DNA of 23,590 nucleotides from Chitinivibrionales bacterium (GCA_038247415.1 JBBRUX010000056.1:1-23590), one strand, 5' to 3'; positions 1 to 9,505 are shown, counted from the first letter of the stretch. Notes: generated by a model from the letters alone, not told the origin. A program made the numbers and translations.

Positions 1-127
1 ATAAAAACAAACCACTAATGGCAAACCATAAAATATTCAAAGGAGCTTGGTGCGCTTCTGCCCACAAGCTATTTTTGTCAAGAATTTTTCGTACCACAAA
101 CATTGCATTATAAAGGTTAAGCGAGAT

Positions 128-1105
128 ATGATGTCGATTCGACGACTTTTGGGGCTTCTTGGGATCTGTGCACTTCTAGCATTTTTTGGAGCATTGGCGT
201 ATAAGCACTGGTATGTCCAGCCCAAGGCATTTCACGAGGAACTCGTAGACCGCTTAAAAAATCATGCATCGCCGGTGTGGAACAAAGCCATTTTTGGGCG
301 CGATGATTGGCTGTTTTTTCGGCCAGACCTGGAATATCTGCTTAATCCAATTCCCCCAGAAACCATGCAGCAAATTATTGCTTTTAGCGCAACACTCAAA
401 GCGCACGGAATCACGCTCTATGTAGTTCCCGTTCCCACAAAAACCGAAGTGTATCCCGAAATGCTGACCGCGGCAAAAGCGCCCGCCATTTTAAAAAAAG
501 CCCGTACCGACCTTCTTAAAAAGCTCTCCGATAAAGGCGTTAAAGTTATCGACCTGCTACCATCGTTTTTAGCAAACAAATCCTCTATTGCCCTTTTTGA
601 AGGAAACGAAAGTCATTGGACGCCCAAGGGCATTGCTTTTTCTGCTCATATTATTGCCACAGCCATCGACACATCACTTGTAAACCGTAAGTTTCCTCAA
701 TCGCAAGAATACACTCTTAAAGATACGGTATTTCCCTCATGGGGGGATATGCGGGATAAAATCAACCCTTGGAATGGGCACACGATATATTCGTTGCCAG
801 TACCGCGTGTATTTACAAAAGATAATGTAGGATTTACAGATGATCCAACCTCCAAGCTTTTGATACTCGGAGATAGCTTTGTCGATAGAGCCCGGTGGTG
901 GCATGCAAACCTTGGGGCTCATCTTGCTTTCGAAACACGCTACTCAACCCGTACGTTTTGCAGCCTGCTCGCCAATACCGAAGGCCCTTGTATGTACGAA
1001 CGCCTTCCGGCTGTTTTCCCAGAAAATGGCGTTGTTATATGGGCATTTACTTCGCGAGTGTTACAATATCATCTTTGCTCAAAGCCTTTGCCAAGCAAAC
1101 AATAG
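128..1105 (+). CDS. AlgJ/AlgX-like SGNH-type polysaccharide O-acetyltransferase, membrane-anchored
   Basis: N-terminal hydrophobic anchor (LLGLLGICALLAFFGALAY) and motifs GRDDWLFF, VVPVPTKTEVYPE, ESHWTPKG and LLILGDSF, typical of AlgJ/AlgX proteins. ATG 128 is preferred over TTG 47 because it lies just before the anchor. Confidence 0.75.
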   Translation: MMSIRRLLGLLGICALLAFFGALAYKHWYVQPKAFHEELVDRLKNHASPVWNKAIFGRDDWLFFRPDLEYLLNPIPPETMQQIIAFSATLKAHGITLYVVPVPTKTEVYPEMLTAAKAPAILKKARTDLLKKLSDKGVKVIDLLPSFLANKSSIALFEGNESHWTPKGIAFSAHIIATAIDTSLVNRKFPQSQEYTLKDTVFPSWGDMRDKINPWNGHTIYSLPVPRVFTKDNVGFTDDPTSKLLILGDSFVDRARWWHANLGAHLAFETRYSTRTFCSLLANTEGPCMYERLPAVFPENGVVIWAFTSRVLQYHLCSKPLPSKQ

Positions 1106-1109
1106 CACC

Positions 1110-1223
1110 CTATTGCGCTACCTTTTGTTCGGGAATCGCTTTTAGGATTTCTGCATTAGCAGGTTTTCCTCGCATAGCAACAAAGGCCCCCATCTCACAC
1201 ATTTTGCATACTATTGACTTCAT
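1110..1223 (-). CDS. Small 37-aa protein with CxxC motif (MKSIVCKMCEMGAFVAMRGKPANAEILKAIPEQKVAQ)
   Basis: Translated by hand; below the ORF-track length. GAGGAG Shine-Dalgarno (1230..1235) lies 6 nt before the ATG. The stop is 4 nt from the convergent AlgJ-like stop. Confidence 0.55.
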   Translation of the reverse strand: MKSIVCKMCEMGAFVAMRGKPANAEILKAIPEQKVAQ

Positions 1224-1365
1224 ACGTTTCTCCTCAAAAAAAAGGTTACAACAAGATTTAAGTTAAATTACGTTTTTAACCATAAGAAATGTTGGATAAA
1301 CCACAAAACTTCGCCTCGAACATGTATTTTATTTGTTTTATTACTGTAATGTTTTCGGAGTATGC

Positions 1366-2712
1366 ATGGAACCCTTGCCCATTGTTTCTATTATCGGTCG
1401 CCCAAATGTAGGCAAGTCCAGTCTTTTCAATCGTATTGTTGGAAGACGACGCGCAGTAGTAGACGAAATTGCCGGAAGCACCCGCGACCGCAATTATCAC
1501 GATACCGCTTGGAATAATGTCCATTTTACCGTTGTCGATACCGGCGGACTCATTCCTACCGACAAGAATGCCATTCCCGCCGAGATCCATAAGCAGGTTG
1601 ATGTCGCACTCGATGAATCTACCGTTACCGTTTTTGTGGTTGAAGCTGGCACTGGAATTACCGATACCGAACTGATTATTGCCAAGCGCTTGCGCAGAAG
1701 ACGCGCCTCAAATATCATTCTTGTTGTCAACAAATGCGAGTCTCCAAAGATCCACGATGTCATTAATGAATATCTAAGTATCGGCTGTGGCACACCCTAT
1801 GCTATTTCCGCTATTCACGGCAGTGGTGTTGGGGATCTTCTCGATGCTATCACCGAAACACTTAAAACTACCAAACATGCCCCCAAAAAACCTGCGCGCT
1901 GGATCGAACCCGATGTCAAGATCGCCATTATTGGTCGCCCCAATGCAGGGAAATCTTCTATTGTAAATAAGCTCATTGGCTCCGAACGAATGATCGTGGA
2001 TACTACACCCGGTACCACGCGAGACGCCATCGATACACTTATTGCTTATAATGGAAAAAGCATTGGCCTGGTTGACACGGCTGGCTTGCGCAAAAAGACC
2101 CATGTCAAAAAGGATGTCGAATACTATTCTAACCTACGTGCCCTAGAGACCATCAGACACGCCGACGTATGCGCGATTATTGTTGATGTGGTTGAGGGTG
2201 TTGGCGAACAGGATCTTAAAATTCTCGACCAGGTACTCAAGCATCATAAGGGTGCCATGCTAGTCCTTAACAAATGGGATATCATGGAAAAAGATTCAAA
2301 AACGTTCGACCATCTGGTAGTTCAACTTCGGCACCAATTTATGGAGCTGAAGCATATACCGATCATTTCACTCTCTGCAAAAACAGGCCTTCGCAGCTGC
2401 ACTCTTATCGACACCGCGCTTGCTATTAGGGAACGAATGAAAACCAAGCTTTCTAAATCTATTGTCGAAGACGCGGTTATAGGATATGCACGGGTTCATC
2501 CGCATCCTGTTGTTGTTGGAAAAGAATTACGTGTTCTTGGAGCCCGCCAAAAGGATGTTCCATTCCCACTTTTTCACCTTTTTGTAACAAACCCCACGGT
2601 GGCATTGCCTTCATTTGCCCGCTATATTGCCAACCAACTGTACGGTCAATTTGATTTTGATGGATGCCCTATTGTCGTTGAATTCAAAAGCGGCGCATTG
2701 CGGAAACGATGA
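1366..2712 (+). CDS. der: Ribosome biogenesis GTPase Der (EngA)
   Basis: Two tandem G domains (GRPNVGKS/TRD/DTGG/NKCE and GRPNAGKS/TTRD/DTAG/NKWD) plus a C-terminal KH-like region. GGAG at 1357..1360 supports ATG 1366. Confidence 0.97.
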   Translation: MEPLPIVSIIGRPNVGKSSLFNRIVGRRRAVVDEIAGSTRDRNYHDTAWNNVHFTVVDTGGLIPTDKNAIPAEIHKQVDVALDESTVTVFVVEAGTGITDTELIIAKRLRRRRASNIILVVNKCESPKIHDVINEYLSIGCGTPYAISAIHGSGVGDLLDAITETLKTTKHAPKKPARWIEPDVKIAIIGRPNAGKSSIVNKLIGSERMIVDTTPGTTRDAIDTLIAYNGKSIGLVDTAGLRKKTHVKKDVEYYSNLRALETIRHADVCAIIVDVVEGVGEQDLKILDQVLKHHKGAMLVLNKWDIMEKDSKTFDHLVVQLRHQFMELKHIPIISLSAKTGLRSCTLIDTALAIRERMKTKLSKSIVEDAVIGYARVHPHPVVVGKELRVLGARQKDVPFPLFHLFVTNPTVALPSFARYIANQLYGQFDFDGCPIVVEFKSGALRKR

Positions 2713-2730
2713 TTCTACTAAGGAGAACCA

Positions 2731-3762
2731 ATGAATATTGCAGTACTAGGCGCAGGCTCGTGGTCGATTGCTCTTTCGGCCCTTCTCTATAAAAAAGGTC
2801 ATTCTCTTTCGATGTGGGAATATAGCGCCAAAGACACCGCTATGCTTATCGAAAAAAGAGAGCATCCCATAAAACTGCCTGGCATTCATATTCCTCAAGA
2901 GATTCTTATTACAAACTCCATGCCAGAGGCAGTTGCGAATGCAGGAGCAATTGTATGCGCGGTGCCATCGCAAACCATGCGCGCCACCATGAAAGCTCTT
3001 GTTGCCACCGTAGACGCATCCAAGCTTGCTGCCATCAAATCGTGGATTATAGTTTCCAAAGGAATCGAAATCGATACCTTATGCCTCATGACCGATGTAC
3101 TTATGCAAGAAGTTCCAGGACTCACAACCGATAAGATTGTAGTACTTTCTGGCCCCTCTCATGCCGAAGAGGTATCCCGAAATATTCCTACAACTATTGT
3201 TGCTGCGTCAACCGATCACGAACATGCAGTGCGCATCCAGGAAGCCTTTTCTACCGAAACATTTCGTATTTATACCGATGACGATGTTGTGGGAGTAGAA
3301 CTAGCCGCCAGCATCAAAAACGTCATTGCAGTTGCAGCAGGAATTTGCGACGGTCTTGGTTTTGGAGACAATTCTAAAGGAGCAATTTTAACTCGCGGAA
3401 TGGTTGAGATGACTCGCCTTGGCAAAAAAATGGGCGCGCACGAACAAACATTTGCAGGGCTTGCTGGTATTGGCGATCTTATTACTACCTGCATCAGCAA
3501 ACACAGCCGTAACCGCAAAGTTGGAGAGCTTATCGCTTCGGGGCTAACATTAACCCAGGCACTGGCGCAAATGACCATGGTTGCAGAAGGTGTAGAATCA
3601 ACAAAATCTGTGTACCAGCTTGCACGTAAATACGATATAGAGATGCCGATCACCACACAGGTATACTTAGCACTCTTCGAAGGTAAAAATGCAAAACTGG
3701 CAGCACGCGATCTCATGACGCGTGAATCTCGGCCCGAAAAGGAATCATCAGATCGCACATGA
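2731..3762 (+). CDS. gpsA: NAD(P)H-dependent glycerol-3-phosphate dehydrogenase
   Basis: GAGSW Rossmann motif, SKGIE, LSGPSHAEEV, KNVIAVAAG, GDLITTC.SKHSRN and VAEG; AAGGAG SD; the usual der-gpsA neighbourhood. Confidence 0.97.
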   Translation: MNIAVLGAGSWSIALSALLYKKGHSLSMWEYSAKDTAMLIEKREHPIKLPGIHIPQEILITNSMPEAVANAGAIVCAVPSQTMRATMKALVATVDASKLAAIKSWIIVSKGIEIDTLCLMTDVLMQEVPGLTTDKIVVLSGPSHAEEVSRNIPTTIVAASTDHEHAVRIQEAFSTETFRIYTDDDVVGVELAASIKNVIAVAAGICDGLGFGDNSKGAILTRGMVEMTRLGKKMGAHEQTFAGLAGIGDLITTCISKHSRNRKVGELIASGLTLTQALAQMTMVAEGVESTKSVYQLARKYDIEMPITTQVYLALFEGKNAKLAARDLMTRESRPEKESSDRT

Positions 3763-4601
3763 AACTTATTGGCGCGCATGTAGAAACCAGGGGGGGGCTT
3801 TTTAATGCCCCAAAAAATGCTTCGGCCATCGGGGCAACTGCATTTGCACTATTTACCAAAAACCCTCGTCAATGGGCAAGTCCGCCACTCGATTCAGAAC
3901 AGATTAGTGCCTTTAAAAATGCCCTGCGCGAGTATGGCTATGAACCTCATGTTGTTGTACCTCACGAAGGATATCTCATCAACATGGGTAACGCAGACCC
4001 AGACAAACGCGAAAAAGCCTTCGAATCGTTTGTAGGCGAACTCAAGCGCTGCGAAGAACTCGGTTTACCGATGCTTAATATTCACCCTGGCGCACATCCC
4101 GGCGAAAAAGAACATGGCGAGGCAATAGAGCGCATTGCACACGGAATTAATCGTGCCATGGGCGTAACAGAATCGGTTAAAATTGTTTTAGAAAATACTG
4201 CAGGCCAAGGCACCAGTGTTGGTGGGGCATTTGAGGATCTTGCAGGAATTATTGCACTTGTCAAAGAACAAAATCGTTTGGGCGTATGCCTTGACACATG
4301 CCATGCATTTTCTGCGGGTTTTGATATTCGTACAAAAAAAGGCTACGAAGCCTTTATGAGTTCATTCGATGCACTTGTTGGTCTTAAATACCTTTGTGCT
4401 CTCCACTTAAACGACGCAAAAGGCGAACTGGGAAAAAAGCTCGACAGACATGAATCTATCGGCAAGGGATCAATTGGACTGCCTCTTTTTAAAGCCATTA
4501 TGCAAGATCCGCGACTCGATGCCGTTCCGCTTATTCTCGAAACTCCCGATCCATCGATCTGGAAAGAAGAAATTGCTCTTCTCAAGAGCTTTGACAAATA
4601 A
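3759..4601 (+). CDS. nfo: Endonuclease IV (AP endonuclease family 2)
   Basis: GAHV, HEGYLIN, IHPG, LENTAGQG, CLDTCH, HLND, DRHE and ILETP zinc-ligand motifs; ATGA overlap with gpsA. Confidence 0.96.
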   Translation: MKLIGAHVETRGGLFNAPKNASAIGATAFALFTKNPRQWASPPLDSEQISAFKNALREYGYEPHVVVPHEGYLINMGNADPDKREKAFESFVGELKRCEELGLPMLNIHPGAHPGEKEHGEAIERIAHGINRAMGVTESVKIVLENTAGQGTSVGGAFEDLAGIIALVKEQNRLGVCLDTCHAFSAGFDIRTKKGYEAFMSSFDALVGLKYLCALHLNDAKGELGKKLDRHESIGKGSIGLPLFKAIMQDPRLDAVPLILETPDPSIWKEEIALLKSFDK

Positions 4602-4617
4602 TACCCTGGAGGTCTTA

Positions 4618-5242
4618 ATGAGATTCTCCTTGACAACAATCAGTATCCTTACAATTTTTGTTATAATGGGGACAAGCGGGCAAGGTGTTGCCTCAGAAGT
4701 TAAAGCAAACCATATATCCCTGCCTTTAACGCGCCAAAAGCTGTGTGTCGATTCTCTTCGTACACTTTTTACACTCGCGTCATGCAACAACCAACCTCTT
4801 GCGAAAGCACGGATTTTGTCATCATGCATTATAGCACCACACACAGCATGGCAAAAAAGCGCATGTACGCATTAAGCCTTTTACCGCAAGTTTTGGCGAC
4901 AAAGGCCTCGTTGCCCTGGGAAATCGGAAAGAAGCCCTGGCCTTCTTTCTCAAACGTGCCGATCTGAGCGAGCGGCCCGACGAACAGCAATGTCTTGACA
5001 TAATCATCCGCATGGGAATCGATACTTTAGCATTTCGTAAGGAATGTATGAGCACAAACACACAAATGGTTTTAGATGCTTGTAGATCGGAAGGAATTGC
5101 GCTCGGGGTAAAAACCACCCCTGCGATTTTTATAAATCGTGTAGCCTACCACAACTATAAAGACCCACAATGGGTTATTGATGCAATAGAATATGCATAC
5201 GAGAAACATACGCATAAAAAACAAAAAAGCCTCAGCAGATAA
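4618..5242 (+). pseudogene. Frameshifted exported DsbA/thioredoxin-fold protein
   Basis: GGAGG plus ATG 4618 opens a signal-peptide ORF that stops at 4875. A second frame is open 4835..5242 and encodes GKKAHVRIKPF...GVKTTPAIFIN, resembling the DsbA-family strand and cis-Pro loop. A +1 shift between 4835 and 4872 is needed to join them. Confidence 0.65.
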
Positions 5243-5252
5243 TGCCGAGGCT
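5223..5252 (-). terminator. Intrinsic terminator of the tig-clpP-clpX unit
   Basis: Minus strand AGCCTCGGCA-TTATC-TGCTGAGGCT (10 bp, one G-U) followed by TTTTT. Confidence 0.8.
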
Positions 5253-5291
5253 ACTCTAAAAAATCTTATTCACAAAAACCCGTAAACGAAC

Positions 5292-6557
5292 TTAGCTTGC
5301 TATTTTCTGCTCTTTTTTAAGCGAATACGTTGGCGCTCCCTTATTTATAATTACTTCTTTTGTAATAAGCACTTCTTTAACATCGGTTCTTGAAGGAATT
5401 TCGAACATAATAGGAACAAGAACAGGTTCAAGCACATTGCGCAATCCCCGAGCACCTGTTTTTTTGGCTTTAGCAATACGCACTACTTCACGTAAGGCAT
5501 CGCGCGCAAAAGTCAACCTTACACCTTCCATGGTGAAAAGCTTTTGGTATTGTTTAACGAGCGCATTTTTGGGTTCGGTAAGAATAGTAAGAAGCGCTTC
5601 ATCATCGAGCTCGTTCATGGCAAGAGTAACAGGCATACGTCCAACAAGCTCGGGAATTAAACCATATTGAATAAGATCATCGGGTTCAGTTCTACGCAAA
5701 ACATCCCCAACACTCATTGAGTGTTTACTTTTAACATCGGCATTAAAGCCCATGCGACTTTCACCAATTCTCTTTTCGACAATATTCTCGAGCCCCACAA
5801 AAGCTCCGCCGCATACAAAAAGAATATCCCGGGTATCTACCTGAATAAGAGCCTGCTCAGGATGTTTGCGCCCCCCTTTGGGAGGAATGCTTGCGATGGT
5901 TCCTTCGAGAATTTTAAGCATTGCCTGCTGAACACCTTCGCCCGACACATCGCGGGTGATTGACGGATTAGACGACTTGCGTGCAACTTTGTCGATTTCA
6001 TCGATATAAATGATGCCGCGCTGGGCCCGTTCTAAATCGTAATTGGCAGCCTGCAACAAACGAACAAGCATATTCTCGACATCTTCGCCAACGTAGCCAG
6101 CTTCGGTAAAAATAGTGGCGTCGACAATGGTAAACGGAACGTCAAGCATTTTTGCAAGTGTTTGAGCTATGAGAGTTTTGCCCGTTCCCGTTGGCCCAAC
6201 CATGAGGATATTAGACTTTTCGATTTCAACATCATCATCTTTTTTCTGGCGCGACATAATGCGTTTGAAATGGTTATAGGCAGCAACGCAGACGCCAATT
6301 TTAACATCGTCTTGACCAATGACATATTGATCGAGAAAAGCTTTCATGTTCGCAGGAGAAGGGAAATTATTCCACAAGGAACTCGCTCCTGCTGAAGCGC
6401 CAGCCCCTGTTTTATCTTCACGCAGAATATCGTTACACATTTCCACACAATGGCTGCAGATATGTGCCGAAGGCCCCGTAATTATTTTGTCGCCACTTTC
6501 GGGTCCTTTTCCACAAAAAGAACACCTGATTGCGGGTGGTTTCTGTCGAGTTGTCAT
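5292..6557 (-). CDS. clpX: ATP-dependent Clp protease ATP-binding subunit ClpX
   Basis: C4 zinc finger (CSFC...CSHC), Walker [19 protein letters not shown], Walker [26 protein letters not shown] and GARGLR. Confidence 0.98.
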   Translation of the reverse strand: MTTRQKPPAIRCSFCGKGPESGDKIITGPSAHICSHCVEMCNDILREDKTGAGASAGASSLWNNFPSPANMKAFLDQYVIGQDDVKIGVCVAAYNHFKRIMSRQKKDDDVEIEKSNILMVGPTGTGKTLIAQTLAKMLDVPFTIVDATIFTEAGYVGEDVENMLVRLLQAANYDLERAQRGIIYIDEIDKVARKSSNPSITRDVSGEGVQQAMLKILEGTIASIPPKGGRKHPEQALIQVDTRDILFVCGGAFVGLENIVEKRIGESRMGFNADVKSKHSMSVGDVLRRTEPDDLIQYGLIPELVGRMPVTLAMNELDDEALLTILTEPKNALVKQYQKLFTMEGVRLTFARDALREVVRIAKAKKTGARGLRNVLEPVLVPIMFEIPSRTDVKEVLITKEVIINKGAPTYSLKKEQKIAS

Positions 6558-6581
6558 GGGTTCTTCACCTTGTATACGTGA

Positions 6582-7172
6582 TTATTTCTTGCCGCGTGGA
6601 GTCAGAACCTCATCGATAATACCGTACTTAAGTGCCTCCTGGGCATTCATATAAAAATTGCGATCGGTATCCTTTTTAACAACCTCACTCTGCTGACCAG
6701 TATGCGCTGTTAAAATTTCGTTGAGAGTTTCTTTGATCCGAATAATTTCGCGTGCATGAATTGCAATATCTGCAGCCTGTCCACCTGCGCCACCCAGTGG
6801 TTGATGAATCATGATGCGAGAATGCGGCAACGCATAGCGTTTCCCTTTTTTTCCCGCAGCAAGCAACACAGCCCCCATCGACGAAGCTTGACCGATGCAA
6901 ATAGTGCACACATCGGGCTTGATATATTGCATAGTGTCGTATATGGCCAAACCGCTGGAAACATAACCGCCAGGGCTATTGATATAAATGGTTATGTCTT
7001 TGTCGGCGTCCTCGTATTCGAGAAAAATGAGCTGAGCCATAACAACATCAGCTATTTGATCATCGATATCGGAGCCAAGAAAAATGATTCGTTCTTTGAG
7101 CAATCGTGAATAAATATCGTACGAACGCTCTCCACGACCTGTTTGCTCTATAACCATTGGTATTAATGACAT
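6582..7172 (-). CDS. clpP: ATP-dependent Clp protease proteolytic subunit
   Basis: [26 protein letters not shown] (Ser), MIHQP (His) and DRN (Asp). Confidence 0.98.
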   Translation of the reverse strand: MSLIPMVIEQTGRGERSYDIYSRLLKERIIFLGSDIDDQIADVVMAQLIFLEYEDADKDITIYINSPGGYVSSGLAIYDTMQYIKPDVCTICIGQASSMGAVLLAAGKKGKRYALPHSRIMIHQPLGGAGGQAADIAIHAREIIRIKETLNEILTAHTGQQSEVVKKDTDRNFYMNAQEALKYGIIDEVLTPRGKK

Positions 7173-7238
7173 TTGTTCATATTCCTTTTCTGCGTATGGT
7201 GCTTACACTTACTTCACAACACACGAGCGTTGCATCGA

Positions 7239-8537
7239 TTATGCATTTTCATCTGATTGCGCGCCAGAGACATCGGCAACTGCTACGGCAGCAGCTTCAC
7301 CGATAAGGAAATCGAGAGTCTTCTGCTCGCGCAAATCTGCTCTAATCCTATTTGCAGTTCCATTTTTCCGAAAGGCTGCCTTAAGCGTATCGAATGGCTG
7401 ACTGTACATTGCTGCCATTTCAGCAATTTTAGCATCTACTTCAGCCTGCGTTGGCTTGATCTTTTCGGCTGTTGCAATAAAATCGATAATGCGATAGCGC
7501 TTGAGTGCATTGATCCCAGATTCACGATAATTTTTCTCGACATCAACTCGTGTTAACACTGCTTGCCCAGGACGTTTGTACCGTTCGCTGTCTTTAAAAA
7601 CTTCATCGAGATAGCGATCTACGCGCGATGGCGGAACATCAAACACATTTTTCTCTATGAGCTGCTCTACCACTTTGGTATATGCTTCGTTTTTGGCGCG
7701 CTCATCCTCGCGTTTAGCAAGATCTTCTTCGATACGTTTACGCAGATCCTCTTCGGTTGCAAAATCGCCTATTTTTTTGAGAAATTCCTCGTTGATTTCG
7801 GGTAGAACCTTTTCTGCAACTTTGGTAATCTTCATTGATATAGTAGTTGACTTATTGGCGACACCTGTATCGGGATAATCCTCGGGGAAGGTGATATTTG
7901 CATCAACTTCATCGCCGGGACGCTTACCCGTAATCGCCTTATCGAATTCCTTAATGGAAGAGGCACCCACTTCAACAGGGTACGTTGGTGCCTTTATGGC
8001 ACTGTTTTCTTCGCCTTCGACCAGAACACGGAGGTACTCCACTGTTACATGGTCACCTTTTTTAGAAGCGCGATCCACATCTTTGAATTCGGCGAGACGT
8101 TCTAGAATATTCTCGACAGCTTCGTCGATATCTGATTTTTTTATTTTTTTACGATCGGCTTTAACTTTTAAACTGCTGTAATTTTTAATTTCGACAACAG
8201 GGTCTACTTCGGTTTCGATAGTACAGGTAAGCGGTGCATTTTCTTCGGTAGACACTTTTACAACTTTGGCTTCGCTTACGGGATTTACCTTATTGTCGAT
8301 ACAGGCTTTTTCGTACGATTTCGAAACGATTTCTTCGATGGCTTCGGCACGGATGGAATCTTTAAAGCGTGATTCGATAAGCTTAGGTGGAACCTTTCCC
8401 ACGCGAAATCCTGGAATGTTTGCTTTTTTAGCCGAAGTGCGGAGCTTTTCTGTATAAGCTGCAACAACTTCTTCGTTAGGAACTTCGATATCAATAACAA
8501 CTTTCCAAGATTCCTTGGTGGTAACAGTCGCTTTCAA
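7239..8537 (-). CDS. tig: Trigger factor
   Basis: Ribosome-binding signature PGFRVGKVP, FKBP-like region (TFPEDY), position upstream of clpPX. TTG 8537 is the likely start because AGGAGG directly abuts ATG 8546 but sits 9 nt from the TTG. Confidence 0.95.
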   Translation of the reverse strand: MKATVTTKESWKVVIDIEVPNEEVVAAYTEKLRTSAKKANIPGFRVGKVPPKLIESRFKDSIRAEAIEEIVSKSYEKACIDNKVNPVSEAKVVKVSTEENAPLTCTIETEVDPVVEIKNYSSLKVKADRKKIKKSDIDEAVENILERLAEFKDVDRASKKGDHVTVEYLRVLVEGEENSAIKAPTYPVEVGASSIKEFDKAITGKRPGDEVDANITFPEDYPDTGVANKSTTISMKITKVAEKVLPEINEEFLKKIGDFATEEDLRKRIEEDLAKREDERAKNEAYTKVVEQLIEKNVFDVPPSRVDRYLDEVFKDSERYKRPGQAVLTRVDVEKNYRESGINALKRYRIIDFIATAEKIKPTQAEVDAKIAEMAAMYSQPFDTLKAAFRKNGTANRIRADLREQKTLDFLIGEAAAVAVADVSGAQSDENA

Positions 8538-8583
8538 TGAAATCATCCTCCTGCTTAAATGAAAAATAGAATTTCAAAAATTA

Positions 8584-8665
8584 TGCGAGAAGGGGGACTC
8601 GAACCCCCACAGGTCACCCCACCAGATCCTAAGTCTGGCGCGTCTACCAGTTCCGCCATCCTCGC
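8584..8665 (-). tRNA. tRNA-Leu (anticodon TAG), CCA not encoded
   Basis: Acceptor stem GCGAGGA/TTCTCGC, anticodon arm CCAGA-CTTAGGA-TCTGG, long variable arm, T arm GGGGG-TTCGAGT-CCCCC, discriminator A. Confidence 0.97.
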
Positions 8666-8714
8666 AATAAACTCGGTGCCATAACCCTTAAAAAAGGTGA
8701 ATGGCTAACGTATG

Positions 8715-8743
8715 AAAATAACTGTTTTTTTCGATGAATACAA
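8715..8743 (-). promoter_or_regulatory. Putative sigma-70 promoter for tRNA-Leu/tig
   Basis: Minus strand TTGTAT-N17-TATTTT, about 50 nt upstream of the tRNA and just downstream of the rpmA terminator. Confidence 0.5.
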
Positions 8744-8752
8744 TCTATCTAT

Positions 8753-8790
8753 AAAGAATACGGGGAAGAGGAGCAATCCCCTTCCCCGTA
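8753..8790 (-). terminator. Intrinsic terminator after rpmA
   Basis: Minus strand TACGGGGAAGGGGA-TTGC-TCCTCTTCCCCGTA followed by TTCTTT. Confidence 0.85.
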
Positions 8791-8819
8791 ATATGCGGGA
8801 TACTTTCTGCGTGAGCTAC

Positions 8820-9083
8820 TTAGCTTGCAGCAGGAGGAACAATATCTACAAACTTACGATTATCAACGGTGCGTCGAAAACTTACCACACCATCGATTTT
8901 TGCGAAGAGCGTATAATCGGAACCACGACCAACATTTCGCCCCTCATGAAACCGTGTGCCCATTTGGCGAACCAGGATGGAACCTGCGCTCACAAATTGA
9001 CCACCGTATCGCTTTACGCCAAGCATTTTTGGCTGACTATCGCGACCATTACGAGTACTAGAACCGGCTTTTTTATGTGCCAT
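8820..9083 (-). CDS. rpmA: 50S ribosomal protein L27
   Basis: [16 protein letters not shown]...LGVKRYGGQ...[20 protein letters not shown]. Confidence 0.99.
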   Translation of the reverse strand: MAHKKAGSSTRNGRDSQPKMLGVKRYGGQFVSAGSILVRQMGTRFHEGRNVGRGSDYTLFAKIDGVVSFRRTVDNRKFVDIVPPAAS

Positions 9084-9098
9084 GAAAGAATCTCCTTA

Positions 9099-9410
9099 TT
9101 ATGCGCTGATTGACGTAATCTTTAAGCGAGTAAAATCTTGACGATGCCCATTTTTTCTTTTGTAATCTTTACGACGTTTCTTTTTGAAGATAAGAACTTT
9201 TACGCCCTTACCATGAGAAACCACGGTGGCTTTAACAGATGCACCAGCAACATGAGGAGCACCCAATGTTACAGTCCCATCTTTTTCGATAAAGAGAATC
9301 TTATCGATTGCTACTTCACTTCCTTCAACGGCGTTGATCAGGGGAACCGAGATTGTATCACCTTCGGTTACCTTAAACTGAAAACCACCCTGCTCGATAA
9401 TAGTAAACAT
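9099..9410 (-). CDS. rplU: 50S ribosomal protein L21
   Basis: GGFQFKV...FKKKRRKDYKRKNGHRQDFT; directly upstream of rpmA; GAGGAG SD. Confidence 0.99.
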   Translation of the reverse strand: MFTIIEQGGFQFKVTEGDTISVPLINAVEGSEVAIDKILFIEKDGTVTLGAPHVAGASVKATVVSHGKGVKVLIFKKKRRKDYKRKNGHRQDFTRLKITSISA

Positions 9411-9475
9411 CTATTTGACTCCTCGTTCTGATATGAGCTTTTGCCACGACCGTAATTTTAGAAAGAAAGTTTTTA

Positions 9476-9504
9476 AATATACTTTAAGCATCAACCCGAA
9501 TCAA
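9476..9504 (-). promoter_or_regulatory. Putative sigma-70 promoter for rplU-rpmA
   Basis: Minus strand TTGATT-N17-TATATT immediately after the rng stop. Confidence 0.55.
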
Positions 9505-9505
9505 G

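Noticed and set aside
47..127. TTG/GTG N-terminal extension of the AlgJ-like ORF
   Set aside because: AAGGAG is only 1 nt from the TTG and 4 nt from the GTG, and the extension does not look like family sequence; ATG 128 fits the anchor better. Not fully excluded.
1729..1740. NKCE instead of NKxD in Der G domain 1
   Set aside because: NKxE is a known variant in Der proteins.
4743..4967. A-AAA-AAG -1 slippery site in the frame-3 ORF leading into the DsbA-like frame
   Set aside because: The frame-3 ORF has no SD or protein-like features. The real upstream frame needs a +1 shift, not -1.
7221..7232. 12-mer ACACGAGCGTTG also present at 16037..16048
   Set aside because: Short, in opposite orientation relative to transcription, and plausible by chance.
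8584..8665. tRNA-Leu as a possible integration site
   Set aside because: No integrase and no duplicated tRNA 3' end were seen; it is followed directly by tig.
9084..9098. No prp/ysxB gene between rplU and rpmA
   Set aside because: Expected, since this L27 begins MAHKK and lacks the cleavable N-terminal extension.
8712..9431. Plus-strand ORFs over rpmA/rplU and the many other shadow ORFs in the track
   Set aside because: They are antisense or out of frame to well-supported genes and have no motifs.
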